Of a stretch of DNA of 64,000 nucleotides, positions 1 to 8,916 are shown piece after piece. Each line of letters opens with the position of its first letter. The stretch's first letter is position 1. Location: contig JAWBTQ010000004.1 in the NCBI GenBank assembly GCA_038841535.1, positions 32,001-96,000 on the forward strand, read 5' to 3'. Made by a program: the position numbers and the translations under genes. The stretch comes from Sulfolobales archaeon. GTDB lineage: Archaea; Thermoproteota; Thermoprotei_A; Sulfolobales; NBVN01. The notes beneath the pieces were generated by a model. It ran no database searches. It saw only the letters and a list, made by a program, of their open reading frames with translations, and was not told where the DNA came from.

Positions 1-701
1 AAAGCTTCCTCGGCTCTGTACTTGAGTATGTCGTAAAGTTCTTTTGATTTATAGGGATTAAAGACTATAGTGTTCCTCATCATGTAGCTACCCGATATCT
101 CGTCTAGAGTCCTAATGATGTCATTTAACCGCATTCTGCTTATGTATATAAAGTTCAACCTCATTACTTCCGCATGGAACACATCGTAAAACCTTACGAG
201 AGAGTACTTATCTTCGGTCTTAAAATTGAGGAGAACAGAATCGAATTCATCAAGAGTAACTACAGCATATAAATCCTCCATGTCCATTTCTTTCAGTAGT
301 GCTTGAGCAAACTCCGAGAAACCTAGTCCCCTATCCGGTATGCTTAGACCGAGCTGGTTCTTTATCTCTCTGAGTACTGAGAGCGCTGACTTGGAGCTAG
401 CGCAGTTTACGTGTACGTATCTAAGTTTTACACCTTTCTCACTGGCCAGCCTGGTGATAACCTTACCAAAAGATATGGCCGTCGCCGTCTTACCTGTTCC
501 TAGCGACCCGTAGAGAACGACCCTGGCAGAGGAGGAACCGGGCGATATAATGACGTGTTTAAACATCTTAGTGAGCTGCTTAAACTGCTCCTCTCTATGC
601 GGTAGAACGTCTGGAACGTACTCCGGATAAAGCTTTGTTTCATCGAGAAAGACTCCGGGCTTCTTTAAAATGCTTTCAGCTATCTCTCTAAGATTAAACA
701 T
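1..701 (-). CDS. cdc6: ORC1/Cdc6 replication initiator, Orc1-2/Cdc6-2-like (3' end outside window)
   Basis: Manual translation from ATG at 701: MFNLREIAESILKKPGVFLDETKLYPEYVPDVLPHREEQ...RVVLYGSLGTGKTAT (Walker A)...DEFDS (Walker B). Not in ORF track because truncated. Confidence 0.92.
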   Translation of the reverse strand, partial: MFNLREIAESILKKPGVFLDETKLYPEYVPDVLPHREEQFKQLTKMFKHVIISPGSSSARVVLYGSLGTGKTATAISFGKVITRLASEKGVKLRYVHVNCASSKSALSVLREIKNQLGLSIPDRGLGFSEFAQALLKEMDMEDLYAVVTLDEFDSVLLNFKTEDKYSLVRFYDVFHAEVMRLNFIYISRMRLNDIIRTLDEISGSYMMRNTIVFNPYKSKELYDILKYRAEEA

Positions 702-767
702 ACTTTCATTTACCGCTCGAATACTTACACCCAGAAATAATAAAAACACATAAACTGTTCGCCTGAA

Positions 768-1505
768 CTATTTAAGTGAGGTGTTACCGGATTCTTCGTA
801 GCGTTTCTTTCTTGCTTCGTACTCATCTCTTTTCATGATCGGCTTAGCCGGCACTCCAGCAACAACGGTATCTGAGTCTACATCCTTCGTAACAACAGCT
901 CCAGCAGCAACGACAGCTCTTCTCCCGATCCTAACTCCGGCAACTATAGTCGAGTTCGCACCTATTACAGCGTCATCTTCTATTATTGTTTCGACGATTC
1001 TCTTGCTTGGGGGGTATCTATCGTTAGTTATAACGGCTCTAGGGCCTATAAAGACCCTATTGCCTATTTTAGTTGATATCGGTATATAGACTCCGGATTG
1101 TATGTTGCTGTTATTTCCGATAGTAGTGTGCCCATCAACTATGGTGCCAGTCCCGATCTTCGTTTTCGCATTCACCACGGTACCCTCCCTAATGAGGACG
1201 TTGTGACCGAGTTCGACTTCGTCGTGTAGCTCCACGTTTTCATATATCACGCAGTGAGACCTAATCGTGACTTTTGTTCCAAGTCTGCTGCCTGAGCTGA
1301 GCTTATCTAGTTCCTCAAGAGCTGCTTGGTTAGTTTTGAAAAGCTCGACCAACTTTTTCTTTATAGGAAACCCCAGGAAGGTGTAGCTAAATAAAATAGA
1401 TCCGGAACCTACGTGAGTAGGTCCAAGGATAGTAAGCGGAGGCATGAGGTAAGCGACAAAGCCTATTACAGCCCTTTTCGATACGAAGTGCGCAGTGACG
1501 CCCAA
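768..1505 (-). CDS. Hexapeptide-repeat (left-handed beta-helix) acyltransferase, WbpD-like sugar N-acetyltransferase
   Basis: Repeated hexapeptides, TNDRYP and VVAGVPAK motifs. Confidence 0.8.
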   Translation of the reverse strand: MGVTAHFVSKRAVIGFVAYLMPPLTILGPTHVGSGSILFSYTFLGFPIKKKLVELFKTNQAALEELDKLSSGSRLGTKVTIRSHCVIYENVELHDEVELGHNVLIREGTVVNAKTKIGTGTIVDGHTTIGNNSNIQSGVYIPISTKIGNRVFIGPRAVITNDRYPPSKRIVETIIEDDAVIGANSTIVAGVRIGRRAVVAAGAVVTKDVDSDTVVAGVPAKPIMKRDEYEARKKRYEESGNTSLK

Positions 1506-1558
1506 GGTCGAACCCTCGGTAATAAGGGTATGTAACGCTATATAAGTGTACGGAAGAA

Positions 1559-1834
1559 GTGGGTGCGGTATTGAACTTAGCTGAGTTCGTTAGGCAAGTA
1601 ACAGTTGCAGTCATGAGTGTAGCATGGTTTGTATTCTTAGTATCCTGGGCAGTTGGTTGGGCACTAAGAGGCTCTCCAATACCTTTCAGGAACTTAAAGA
1701 GGACTGGGCAGAGTTTAATAGAGGACTCTGTTTTAGCAGCCTTCTGGCTCGCGCTTGGGACGACTATATTTGCCTTAATCTCGTACATAGCTTCCTCTAT
1801 CTCTCTTCCAATGCCTCCTCCACCAACGCCGTAA
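1559..1834 (+). CDS. cedA1: DNA import pilin-like protein CedA1
   Basis: Two TM helices, W..GWALRGSPIP motif, directly upstream of a cedA-like gene; true start may be TTG at 1571 (leaderless, about 25 nt after TATATAAG). Confidence 0.8.
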   Translation: MGAVLNLAEFVRQVTVAVMSVAWFVFLVSWAVGWALRGSPIPFRNLKRTGQSLIEDSVLAAFWLALGTTIFALISYIASSISLPMPPPPTP

Positions 1835-1838
1835 TGGA

Positions 1839-3185
1839 GTGTCTCTAATGGAGTTCCTCTCGTTAGCATACATGCTTTCTTTGCTTACTTACAGTCTGGG
1901 TGCGGTTTTTTACGGCTCTCCACTACCACTTAAATCCGTAAAGAAATGGGGAGTGCTTATGATGTATGATGGCTTAGCTTCAGCAGTACTAGTATCTACC
2001 TACAGTTTGTTATTAAAACTGGGAGACTACTTTCTCGCTATCCTGAACGCGAGCTGGCCCAACTTCATAGCCTGGTTAACGGGTAGAGCAACTACTCTTG
2101 TAGTTTCATACCTAGCTATTCAGTCTATAGCGGCAGCACTTAGGGTTTCTGGAGCAGACATCTTAGTTGAGCTAATGAAGCACGTCAGCAGTCTAGTAGC
2201 TACTTCCCTTACTGCTATAAAGATGATCTACTTAGTATCCACCGTTGTCTATAGCCTTAGAGATAAAATACTTGCTATAGGGATTCTTCTATACACTATC
2301 CCCTTGAGGATGGGGAAGAGTGTGGGAGCCGCAATGATAGCTCTTTCAATAGTTTATTACATTGGATTACCACTCATGCCAGCATTCGCATCAGCATTTG
2401 AATCATCTCCACTGCCAATAGCTTACGACAGATACGGTGCTATCACGGGGAGCATTGTAGATGCGCTTGGGAGTCCTATTCCCCACGCTGTAGTAAAGCT
2501 TTATAGGAGTTCGAGAGACCCTGTTGTCGTGGTTTTAGGAGACTCTGAGGGCAGGTTTTATGTAGGCCCGCCTCAGGACTTGCTGGCATTAGAAGATGAA
2601 TTCAAAGCCGAAGTAGTGTTCATGGGGTACGCCTTTGAAGCCGATCCGCAGGTAATTAAGGTTCCATGGTCCGGCTCTCTAAGGATTAGCAACATGTTTT
2701 ACGCAGGTAAAGGTCTATCCGTCGTGGTTATCGGGATAGTGGAGATATCGTCTATAAATCTCATGTCGGAATCAGTGATATTAGACCTAGAAGTATTGAG
2801 TTCTGAAGCTACTATAGGCTTTCTGAAACTTGCGTCGGTTGAGGTAGAAAATATCTTTATAGGAGTAGAACCCATAGAGTGTCGTTGGAATTCATTTAGC
2901 TGGGAGGGGCTTGAGGTTGAGGAGTGCTTTATCTCATTTAGTGAGGGAAGGTACTCAATCCAGCTGAACTATCTTGGGAGCTACGTTCCTAGACCAAAAG
3001 TCGAGGAAAAACACTACATAGACGTTGGAGATATTGTTGGATACCTCAATACGATTCAAACTACCGCGGTTTCTTACTTATATTCGTACTTACTGCTTCC
3101 ATCAGCATATCTGATCATCCTCTCGGCATCATCTTATGCCTTATCCAAGTTTCTAGGAGGTGGTCTCCGATTAAGAATTATCTAA
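1839..3185 (+). CDS. cedA: DNA import membrane protein CedA (long form with extracellular beta-sandwich domain)
   Basis: Multi-TM N-terminus LTY.LGA..YGSPLP...KKWG..MMYDG, soluble insert GSIVDALGSPIPHAVVKL, C-terminal TM helix. Confidence 0.78.
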   Translation: MSLMEFLSLAYMLSLLTYSLGAVFYGSPLPLKSVKKWGVLMMYDGLASAVLVSTYSLLLKLGDYFLAILNASWPNFIAWLTGRATTLVVSYLAIQSIAAALRVSGADILVELMKHVSSLVATSLTAIKMIYLVSTVVYSLRDKILAIGILLYTIPLRMGKSVGAAMIALSIVYYIGLPLMPAFASAFESSPLPIAYDRYGAITGSIVDALGSPIPHAVVKLYRSSRDPVVVVLGDSEGRFYVGPPQDLLALEDEFKAEVVFMGYAFEADPQVIKVPWSGSLRISNMFYAGKGLSVVVIGIVEISSINLMSESVILDLEVLSSEATIGFLKLASVEVENIFIGVEPIECRWNSFSWEGLEVEECFISFSEGRYSIQLNYLGSYVPRPKVEEKHYIDVGDIVGYLNTIQTTAVSYLYSYLLLPSAYLIILSASSYALSKFLGGGLRLRII

Positions 3186-3319
3186 GAATTTACTGTAAGT
3201 CTTTAATATTGAGCATTCTTATTTTGTTGGGTTTCGTAATAAATCTATCTTCAGATAGTGTATTGAGACTTTTGCAGATATTTTCACTAATTATGGCGGT
3301 AATCGCCCTCTGGATTTTC

Positions 3320-4345
3320 TCATTTAGAGATTTTGCTTAAGTACTCTACTACAGCATCTACCAGCTCACTTAGTCCCTCTTTTCTTAGAGCGCTTATCGC
3401 CACTATCTTAGCACTTGGCAATACACTAGCTACAGAATCGGAAACCTTCTCAACTCTATCCATACTCACTCTATCGACCTTGTTAATTGCTACCAAGATA
3501 TTGGCATTAACCCACTTCTCGAGAGATTTTAGAAGATCAAGCTGGCTCTCTAAACCGTAGTAGAAGTCTTCTGATGGATCTACCAAGAATAAGACTAAAT
3601 CAGCCACTTCCGTTACAGCTATTAAGGCCTTCCTCTCAACTTCGTTCATATCGCTAGGAGGTCTATCCAGTATTCCCGGTAGGTCTAAGATCTGAAACCT
3701 CCTGAATCCCACGTTTACGTGACCCATAATTATCTCCCTAGTGGTAAACGGGAACGGTGAGGACTTAGGCTTAGCTGTCGATAACGCTGAGACAAGGGTA
3801 GACTTTCCGACTTGAGGTAGTCCAGCAACTGCAACCACGGGAACTGATGGGTCTATGCAGGGAGTTCTTTTGAGTTCAAATATGGCATCATTAGCTAGCT
3901 CAATAAGCTTTGATAGTCTTCTGACTATAGACAAAACCCTTCCGACATACTCTCTATATAGCTCTCGAGCTTCAGCTGAATCGAAGCTTACAGCAATTTT
4001 CGATTTGTACTCTAGCGAAAGTTTGTCAGCTACTCTGAGCTTTCCCAAGAGCTTATTAGTAACTTCTTTAGCAGATACTCCATTCGGTAACGTGTTCGTA
4101 GCAATTTTTTCGTAAAAGCTAACTTCGAGAATTTCCCTCAAAGCTGATAGAGGGTTTAAGACGTTTTTTATCAAGTACTCGCGTATCTTGTCGATTTTAG
4201 TGTAGTACTTAACTAGAGCTTTCTTACTGACTGATCTCGGAAGAGCTAGAGGTTCCTTACTCACTCTAAGTACGTATTCTCTCACTTCTCTATAAGCAGG
4301 TAGCTTCTTCAGGGTCTCGTCTGGACACCCTGGCCTCTTTTCCAA
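3320..4345 (-). CDS. NOG1-family GTP-binding protein
   Basis: GLPQVGKS, PFTT, DLPG and NKVD motifs after a helical N-domain. Confidence 0.88.
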   Translation of the reverse strand: MEKRPGCPDETLKKLPAYREVREYVLRVSKEPLALPRSVSKKALVKYYTKIDKIREYLIKNVLNPLSALREILEVSFYEKIATNTLPNGVSAKEVTNKLLGKLRVADKLSLEYKSKIAVSFDSAEARELYREYVGRVLSIVRRLSKLIELANDAIFELKRTPCIDPSVPVVAVAGLPQVGKSTLVSALSTAKPKSSPFPFTTREIIMGHVNVGFRRFQILDLPGILDRPPSDMNEVERKALIAVTEVADLVLFLVDPSEDFYYGLESQLDLLKSLEKWVNANILVAINKVDRVSMDRVEKVSDSVASVLPSAKIVAISALRKEGLSELVDAVVEYLSKISK

Positions 4346-4584
4346 AGAAGCTCACCGCTAACCCTTATCTCCACAATACGATGTAAAGGTATCTGAGTAT
4401 CGGAATCTGCTAAAACGACACGGTCCTTCATCAAGATAGCACTATCTGATAGCCTAAAGGTCTTCACTCCTCTTGTGGTAGACCTATCGGTCACTATCAA
4501 CTCTATCTCAGGCAAATTAAGCCCTCCGGACCTTGACATCCAGAACAGCTTTTTCAGTACTTCGTATGACTCTAGTCTACCCAC
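4309..4584 (-). CDS. DUF504-like small protein
   Basis: IPLHRIVEIR..GELLWKR C-terminal motif. Confidence 0.7.
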   Translation of the reverse strand: MGRLESYEVLKKLFWMSRSGGLNLPEIELIVTDRSTTRGVKTFRLSDSAILMKDRVVLADSDTQIPLHRIVEIRVSGELLWKRGQGVQTRP

Positions 4585-4814
4585 TACTCACTCCAGCATA
4601 TTATCACGTAGAATCTTAATAGCACTAACTTTACACCGCAATTGGTTTAATCTCGTCTTTTAATGGATCTATTCTCTCAACTATACCAGAATTTAGTTCT
4701 CGCTCTCTAACTTGTAACACCTCAGTTGAGGTATATTACTAAGGAGAATTGAGAGATATCAATAGTAATTAAAACATCGTGTTTACTTCAGACTCCTTCA
4801 TCTACGGCATCCAT

Positions 4815-5129
4815 TTAGCTCGAGGAGGTTCTCTGTGATTCAGTTGATAAAGTAGCACTCTTGGTCTCGCTTTCAAGCTTCTTCAATTCCTCCTCAATCT
4901 CTTTCTCTATTTCCTCTATAGGTTTAGGAGGAGGAGTCGTGGCTAATGTGTAACCTATCCAGCCTAGAATGCCGAACACTCCGGCTATGGCTATAAAACC
5001 GGTGAGCTTTAAGACCAATAGGTAGTAATCGGTTAGAAAGACTAACCAGCCATAAATAACTACTATGGCGGCAGAAACGACTAACAGCAGACCTCCGATA
5101 ACTCTATCTCGAGTCACTAATACCCCCAC
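4815..5129 (-). CDS. Conserved two-TM membrane protein with coiled-coil tail
   Basis: Two hydrophobic helices, then WIGYTLATTPPPKPIEEIEKE. Confidence 0.7.
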   Translation of the reverse strand: MGVLVTRDRVIGGLLLVVSAAIVVIYGWLVFLTDYYLLVLKLTGFIAIAGVFGILGWIGYTLATTPPPKPIEEIEKEIEEELKKLESETKSATLSTESQRTSSS

Positions 5130-5248
5130 TATATAAAAAGCGATAGATATAAAAGTGTGTCGTATTCTCTTTCGGGAGTGTTGCTCAAGCTATACCATTA
5201 TCAGTATAATTTAATACCGGTGTTGAGATATGTCTTGGTGCACGATCC

Positions 5249-7024
5249 GTGGTAGTCAAGAGCTTAGTGGATATTTCTAAGATAATTGAGACATTAGTCT
5301 ACGTCCCAAGGTACGCAGTAGAAGGTGTTGCTAGAAGATATTTAGTATACGGCTCTACTGAGGGGGGTGTGTATAGTGCGTACTCTATAGATCTAGAAAC
5401 GGGGATGAAGAAGCTTATAGCACCGGAAGTACACATGCTTATAGAAGTTCATGAGTCTTCTACGAGGGTCGTATTCTTAAGGGATATAAGTAAGGGATTT
5501 GAGCTATCAAAGGTTTATGCTCACGATATCGAGACAGGTGAAGAAATTGTCGTGTCTGAGGGTATCGAACCGCAAAGAATAGCTGGACTAGCTTTCGATG
5601 GTGCTAGGGTTGCGTGGTCTGGAGCAACGAGAACTGGTGCCGGAATATATCTAGCTAATATGACAAAAAGAACCATCGAAAAAGTTGCTGAAACCAAGGG
5701 TAGAGAATTTGTCACTGATGTTAGCGAAAGGTACATAGTCGGCTTCGGTCACCTCACTGGCAACCCGTTTTCAACAGAGCTACTGATAGTCGATACCCTT
5801 ACAGGTGTTCAAGAGGTATTCACACCTAAAGAGGGATCGAGCAATTCTCGCCCCAAGCTTCATGGAACTAAGTTACTATTTACCAGCAACTTTGAAGATG
5901 GAGACAGGATGAGGCTTTACATATTGGACCTCGATGTGAGAGAAGTTAAGAGAGTGGGGTTCAGGTACTCAGATATAGACAGTTATGGACCTATTGAGTT
6001 TGTTGATTTCGGGTGGACTGCTGACGGTAGGGTTTGGGCTATTGGTAAGAAGCAGGGTAACTCGAAGCTGTTCATAGATGGAAGAGGTTTAGGACCGGAC
6101 ACCGGCTTTGTGTCGTCAGCTACATTGTATCGTAGCAAGTTCTACATAGCTTACTCGACTCTTAAAACTCCCTCGAAGATCCTGGCGGTAGATGTTGATA
6201 GTGGTGCCACCGACGTTGTTATAGATAACCCACTACCTCATGAGATATCTGGGAGACTGGGTGAGGTCAAGTTTGTCGAAATAGAGTCATTCGACGGTCT
6301 GAAGATACCGACGTACGTTCTCGAGTCGAGAGCCTCACAAAAGCCTGGACCTAGCGTAGTATATCCGCACGGAGGTCCGTGGTCCGAAGTAGCTAACTCC
6401 TGGACACCTATAGTAGCTGCTTTAGCTGCCTTAGGGTACCACGTAGTTGCTCCTAACTTTAGGGGCTCAACAGGATACGGCGAGAGGTTTAGATTGATGG
6501 ATATAGGTGATCCAGGTGGTGCTGACATGGAGGATGTTGCAGCAGCTAGGAGATGGGCCGTAGAAAGCGGGCTTAGTAAAGATGGTGATGTCTCGATAGT
6601 GGGCTACAGCTACGGCGGATATACTACACTCATGCAGTTAACTACTAGACCTAAGCTTTGGAAATGTGGTGTTGCTGGTGCTCCAGTAGCTGACTGGGAG
6701 ATGATGTATGAGCTGGCTGACAGGTACTTTAAGACTTTTCAGGAGGTTCTCTTCGCAGGTAGGAAGGAGTTGTTCAAAGAGAGGTCCCCAACAACTTATG
6801 TAGAGAGCCTAGAATCCCCTCTATGCATAGTACAACCTCAAAACGACTCTAGAACACCGATACAGCCTGTATTAAACTTCGTTAACAAGCTTGTAACTCG
6901 TGGTAAGACCTTTGAGCTCCACGTCTTACCAGATATAGGACACACAGTATCATTAAGTAACGAAGCTCTAGCTAAATTCCTAACATATGCGGCTATGTTC
7001 CTTACTCGATGCTATCCGAGCTAA
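5249..7024 (+). CDS. S9 family acylaminoacyl peptidase (prolyl oligopeptidase family)
   Basis: Beta-propeller N-terminus, HGGP, GYSYGG nucleophile, NDSR Asp, GH His. Confidence 0.92.
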   Translation: MVVKSLVDISKIIETLVYVPRYAVEGVARRYLVYGSTEGGVYSAYSIDLETGMKKLIAPEVHMLIEVHESSTRVVFLRDISKGFELSKVYAHDIETGEEIVVSEGIEPQRIAGLAFDGARVAWSGATRTGAGIYLANMTKRTIEKVAETKGREFVTDVSERYIVGFGHLTGNPFSTELLIVDTLTGVQEVFTPKEGSSNSRPKLHGTKLLFTSNFEDGDRMRLYILDLDVREVKRVGFRYSDIDSYGPIEFVDFGWTADGRVWAIGKKQGNSKLFIDGRGLGPDTGFVSSATLYRSKFYIAYSTLKTPSKILAVDVDSGATDVVIDNPLPHEISGRLGEVKFVEIESFDGLKIPTYVLESRASQKPGPSVVYPHGGPWSEVANSWTPIVAALAALGYHVVAPNFRGSTGYGERFRLMDIGDPGGADMEDVAAARRWAVESGLSKDGDVSIVGYSYGGYTTLMQLTTRPKLWKCGVAGAPVADWEMMYELADRYFKTFQEVLFAGRKELFKERSPTTYVESLESPLCIVQPQNDSRTPIQPVLNFVNKLVTRGKTFELHVLPDIGHTVSLSNEALAKFLTYAAMFLTRCYPS

Positions 7025-7302
7025 CCTCTATACAAGAAAAGCTCTCGAACACTCATTAAGAAAACAACCTCTACAGTCGCTCGCAAACTGTGGTTCTATT
7101 TTGACTTTACAGGTAAGCTAGCCTAAACGCTTTCTTGTTCTAGACTGGCTACCACTCCCACGTAAGCAGGTGTTTTATTGTGAGGCAAGGGATTCATGCT
7201 CCGTGGGGGCGCGATTCAGCACTAAACATACTCTATGAAGAGAAAGAGAGTCAGAGCGAGGGGTGTTTTTATTAGTAAGACTCGATTAGTATGGGTTATT
7301 AA

Positions 7303-8172
7303 ATGACCAGCTCAGACTCTCTCCAGGTAGTAGGTGTTGAAGTTGCTGTTCTGGTCGACGATTACTCTGGGTTTACGAAGTTCTTAGCAGAGCATGGATT
7401 TAGTGTGCTGGTTTCTGTACTGTATGGTGGCGAAAGAGTGTTTAGAGTTCTCGTGGATACTGGTAGCTCCGGAGGTGTTCTCCTCAAGAACGCTTCATCA
7501 CTAGGGGTAAGCCTTGAGTCTGTAGACATAATTGTGTTATCTCACAGACACTATGACCACAGCGGAGGATTGGCTAAGCTAGTAAAGGCTGTAGGCAGTA
7601 AACCTGTAGTGGCTCACCCCGACGTACTCAAGCCTTGCTATAGCAAGTCTCACGGGTTCACTAGGTTTGATGTAGGTCTACCTCCTGCGGTCAGAAGATC
7701 TCTTCAAAGGCTTGAGTTAGTGCTAGCTAAAGAGCCTCTAGAACTAGCGCCGGGTGTTTGGTTTTTGGGTGAAGTAGATAGGTATTACGACAATAAGTAC
7801 GCTATAAAAAACTTTAAAACCATATCTGGTGGTGTTATAGTGGATGAGCCGCTTCTAGACGACACAGCTGTAGTAGTCAGCTTAGGTGAGAGAGTTATAG
7901 TAGTCGCAGGTTGCTCCCATTCTGGAGTAGCTAATATTGTTAAGCAAGCAAGAAGGTTAACAGGTGCTAAGGAGGTAGTAGTCCTAGGAGGCTTCCACTT
8001 AGCGAATGCTGACCCCGAGACCATAGCTAAAGTTGTAGAAGAGCTAGTTTACGAGGGTGTTGTCAACGTGTACGCAGGGCACTGTACTGGATTGAGAGGA
8101 GAGGCAAAGCTCTTGGAGAGATTTGGCGATAAAATGACTAAGATACACGCAGGCTATAGGTTAAGAGTCTAG
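7303..8172 (+). CDS. MBL-fold metallo-hydrolase
   Basis: EHGFS, SHRHYDHSGG, GCSH, GGFHL and HCTG motifs. Confidence 0.88.
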   Translation: MTSSDSLQVVGVEVAVLVDDYSGFTKFLAEHGFSVLVSVLYGGERVFRVLVDTGSSGGVLLKNASSLGVSLESVDIIVLSHRHYDHSGGLAKLVKAVGSKPVVAHPDVLKPCYSKSHGFTRFDVGLPPAVRRSLQRLELVLAKEPLELAPGVWFLGEVDRYYDNKYAIKNFKTISGGVIVDEPLLDDTAVVVSLGERVIVVAGCSHSGVANIVKQARRLTGAKEVVVLGGFHLANADPETIAKVVEELVYEGVVNVYAGHCTGLRGEAKLLERFGDKMTKIHAGYRLRV

Positions 8173-8206
8173 TTGTGCCTGGAAGCTCCAGCTTTACTAG
8201 GATGAG

Positions 8207-8737
8207 CTAGTCTAAGAGTATCAAGGGGTCTCCAACATTTACGAAGTCTCCAGGTCTTACTCTCACTTCTTTTACTTTACCGCTCTTATCGCTAAAGATT
8301 TCTACCTCCATCTTCATCGACTCTAATGTAGCGACGAGCTTTCCGGGATTTACGGGATCCCCCGGATTAACCAAGACTTTCAGAACCTTACCCGGAATCG
8401 GGGAAGCTATAGCAGCACCGCCCGTAGCAGCTACTGGAGCCGTAGGTGCAGCTGTTGGAACTGCTGCCTTCAGCGTTATTCCAGCATCGGCTTCAGGCTT
8501 CTTGCTGCCTTCACCAGATGGAGGCTTGGTCTCAGTAGAGGAGGTCTTAAGTTCTGTAGGGCTAGTGGCACTCGTATTATGTTGAGGTCTTGCGGCAACC
8601 TGCCCGCTCTCTACGAACACGTCGAGCTCTGTGTCCTCTACTAGTACTCTAAATCTACCCTCTCCAATAGGTTTAACGAGCACGTTGTAGGTTCTGTCTT
8701 TAACCCTCACTACATAGCCGTACGGATACTCGCTCAT
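8207..8737 (-). CDS. Biotin carboxyl carrier protein (decarboxylase gamma-subunit type)
   Basis: ESMKM biotinylation motif, Ala/Pro/Thr-rich linker; start could be 8767. Confidence 0.88.
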   Translation of the reverse strand: MSEYPYGYVVRVKDRTYNVLVKPIGEGRFRVLVEDTELDVFVESGQVAARPQHNTSATSPTELKTSSTETKPPSGEGSKKPEADAGITLKAAVPTAAPTAPVAATGGAAIASPIPGKVLKVLVNPGDPVNPGKLVATLESMKMEVEIFSDKSGKVKEVRVRPGDFVNVGDPLILLD

Positions 8738-8916
8738 TAGCTTCCGCCGTAAGTAACTATCAATCATAGCTTTTAAGTTTTGAAGAGAGCAAAGGAGCGG
8801 CTATTTGGTTGCTGGTTGAACCAGGATAGGTGTAATAAAGTTTTCGTGAAGTATTCAGTTTCGGTTACTAGATCTGAAACTCCACAGTACTCTTAATACA
8901 CAAATCAATAACTCGT

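Noticed and set aside
375-385. TACTGAGAGCG inside cdc6 matches the 11 nt just beyond the right end of element C (a would-be guide target)
   Set aside because: Only 11 nt and found post hoc among several candidate guides; not distinguishable from chance without a known TAM or expression data.
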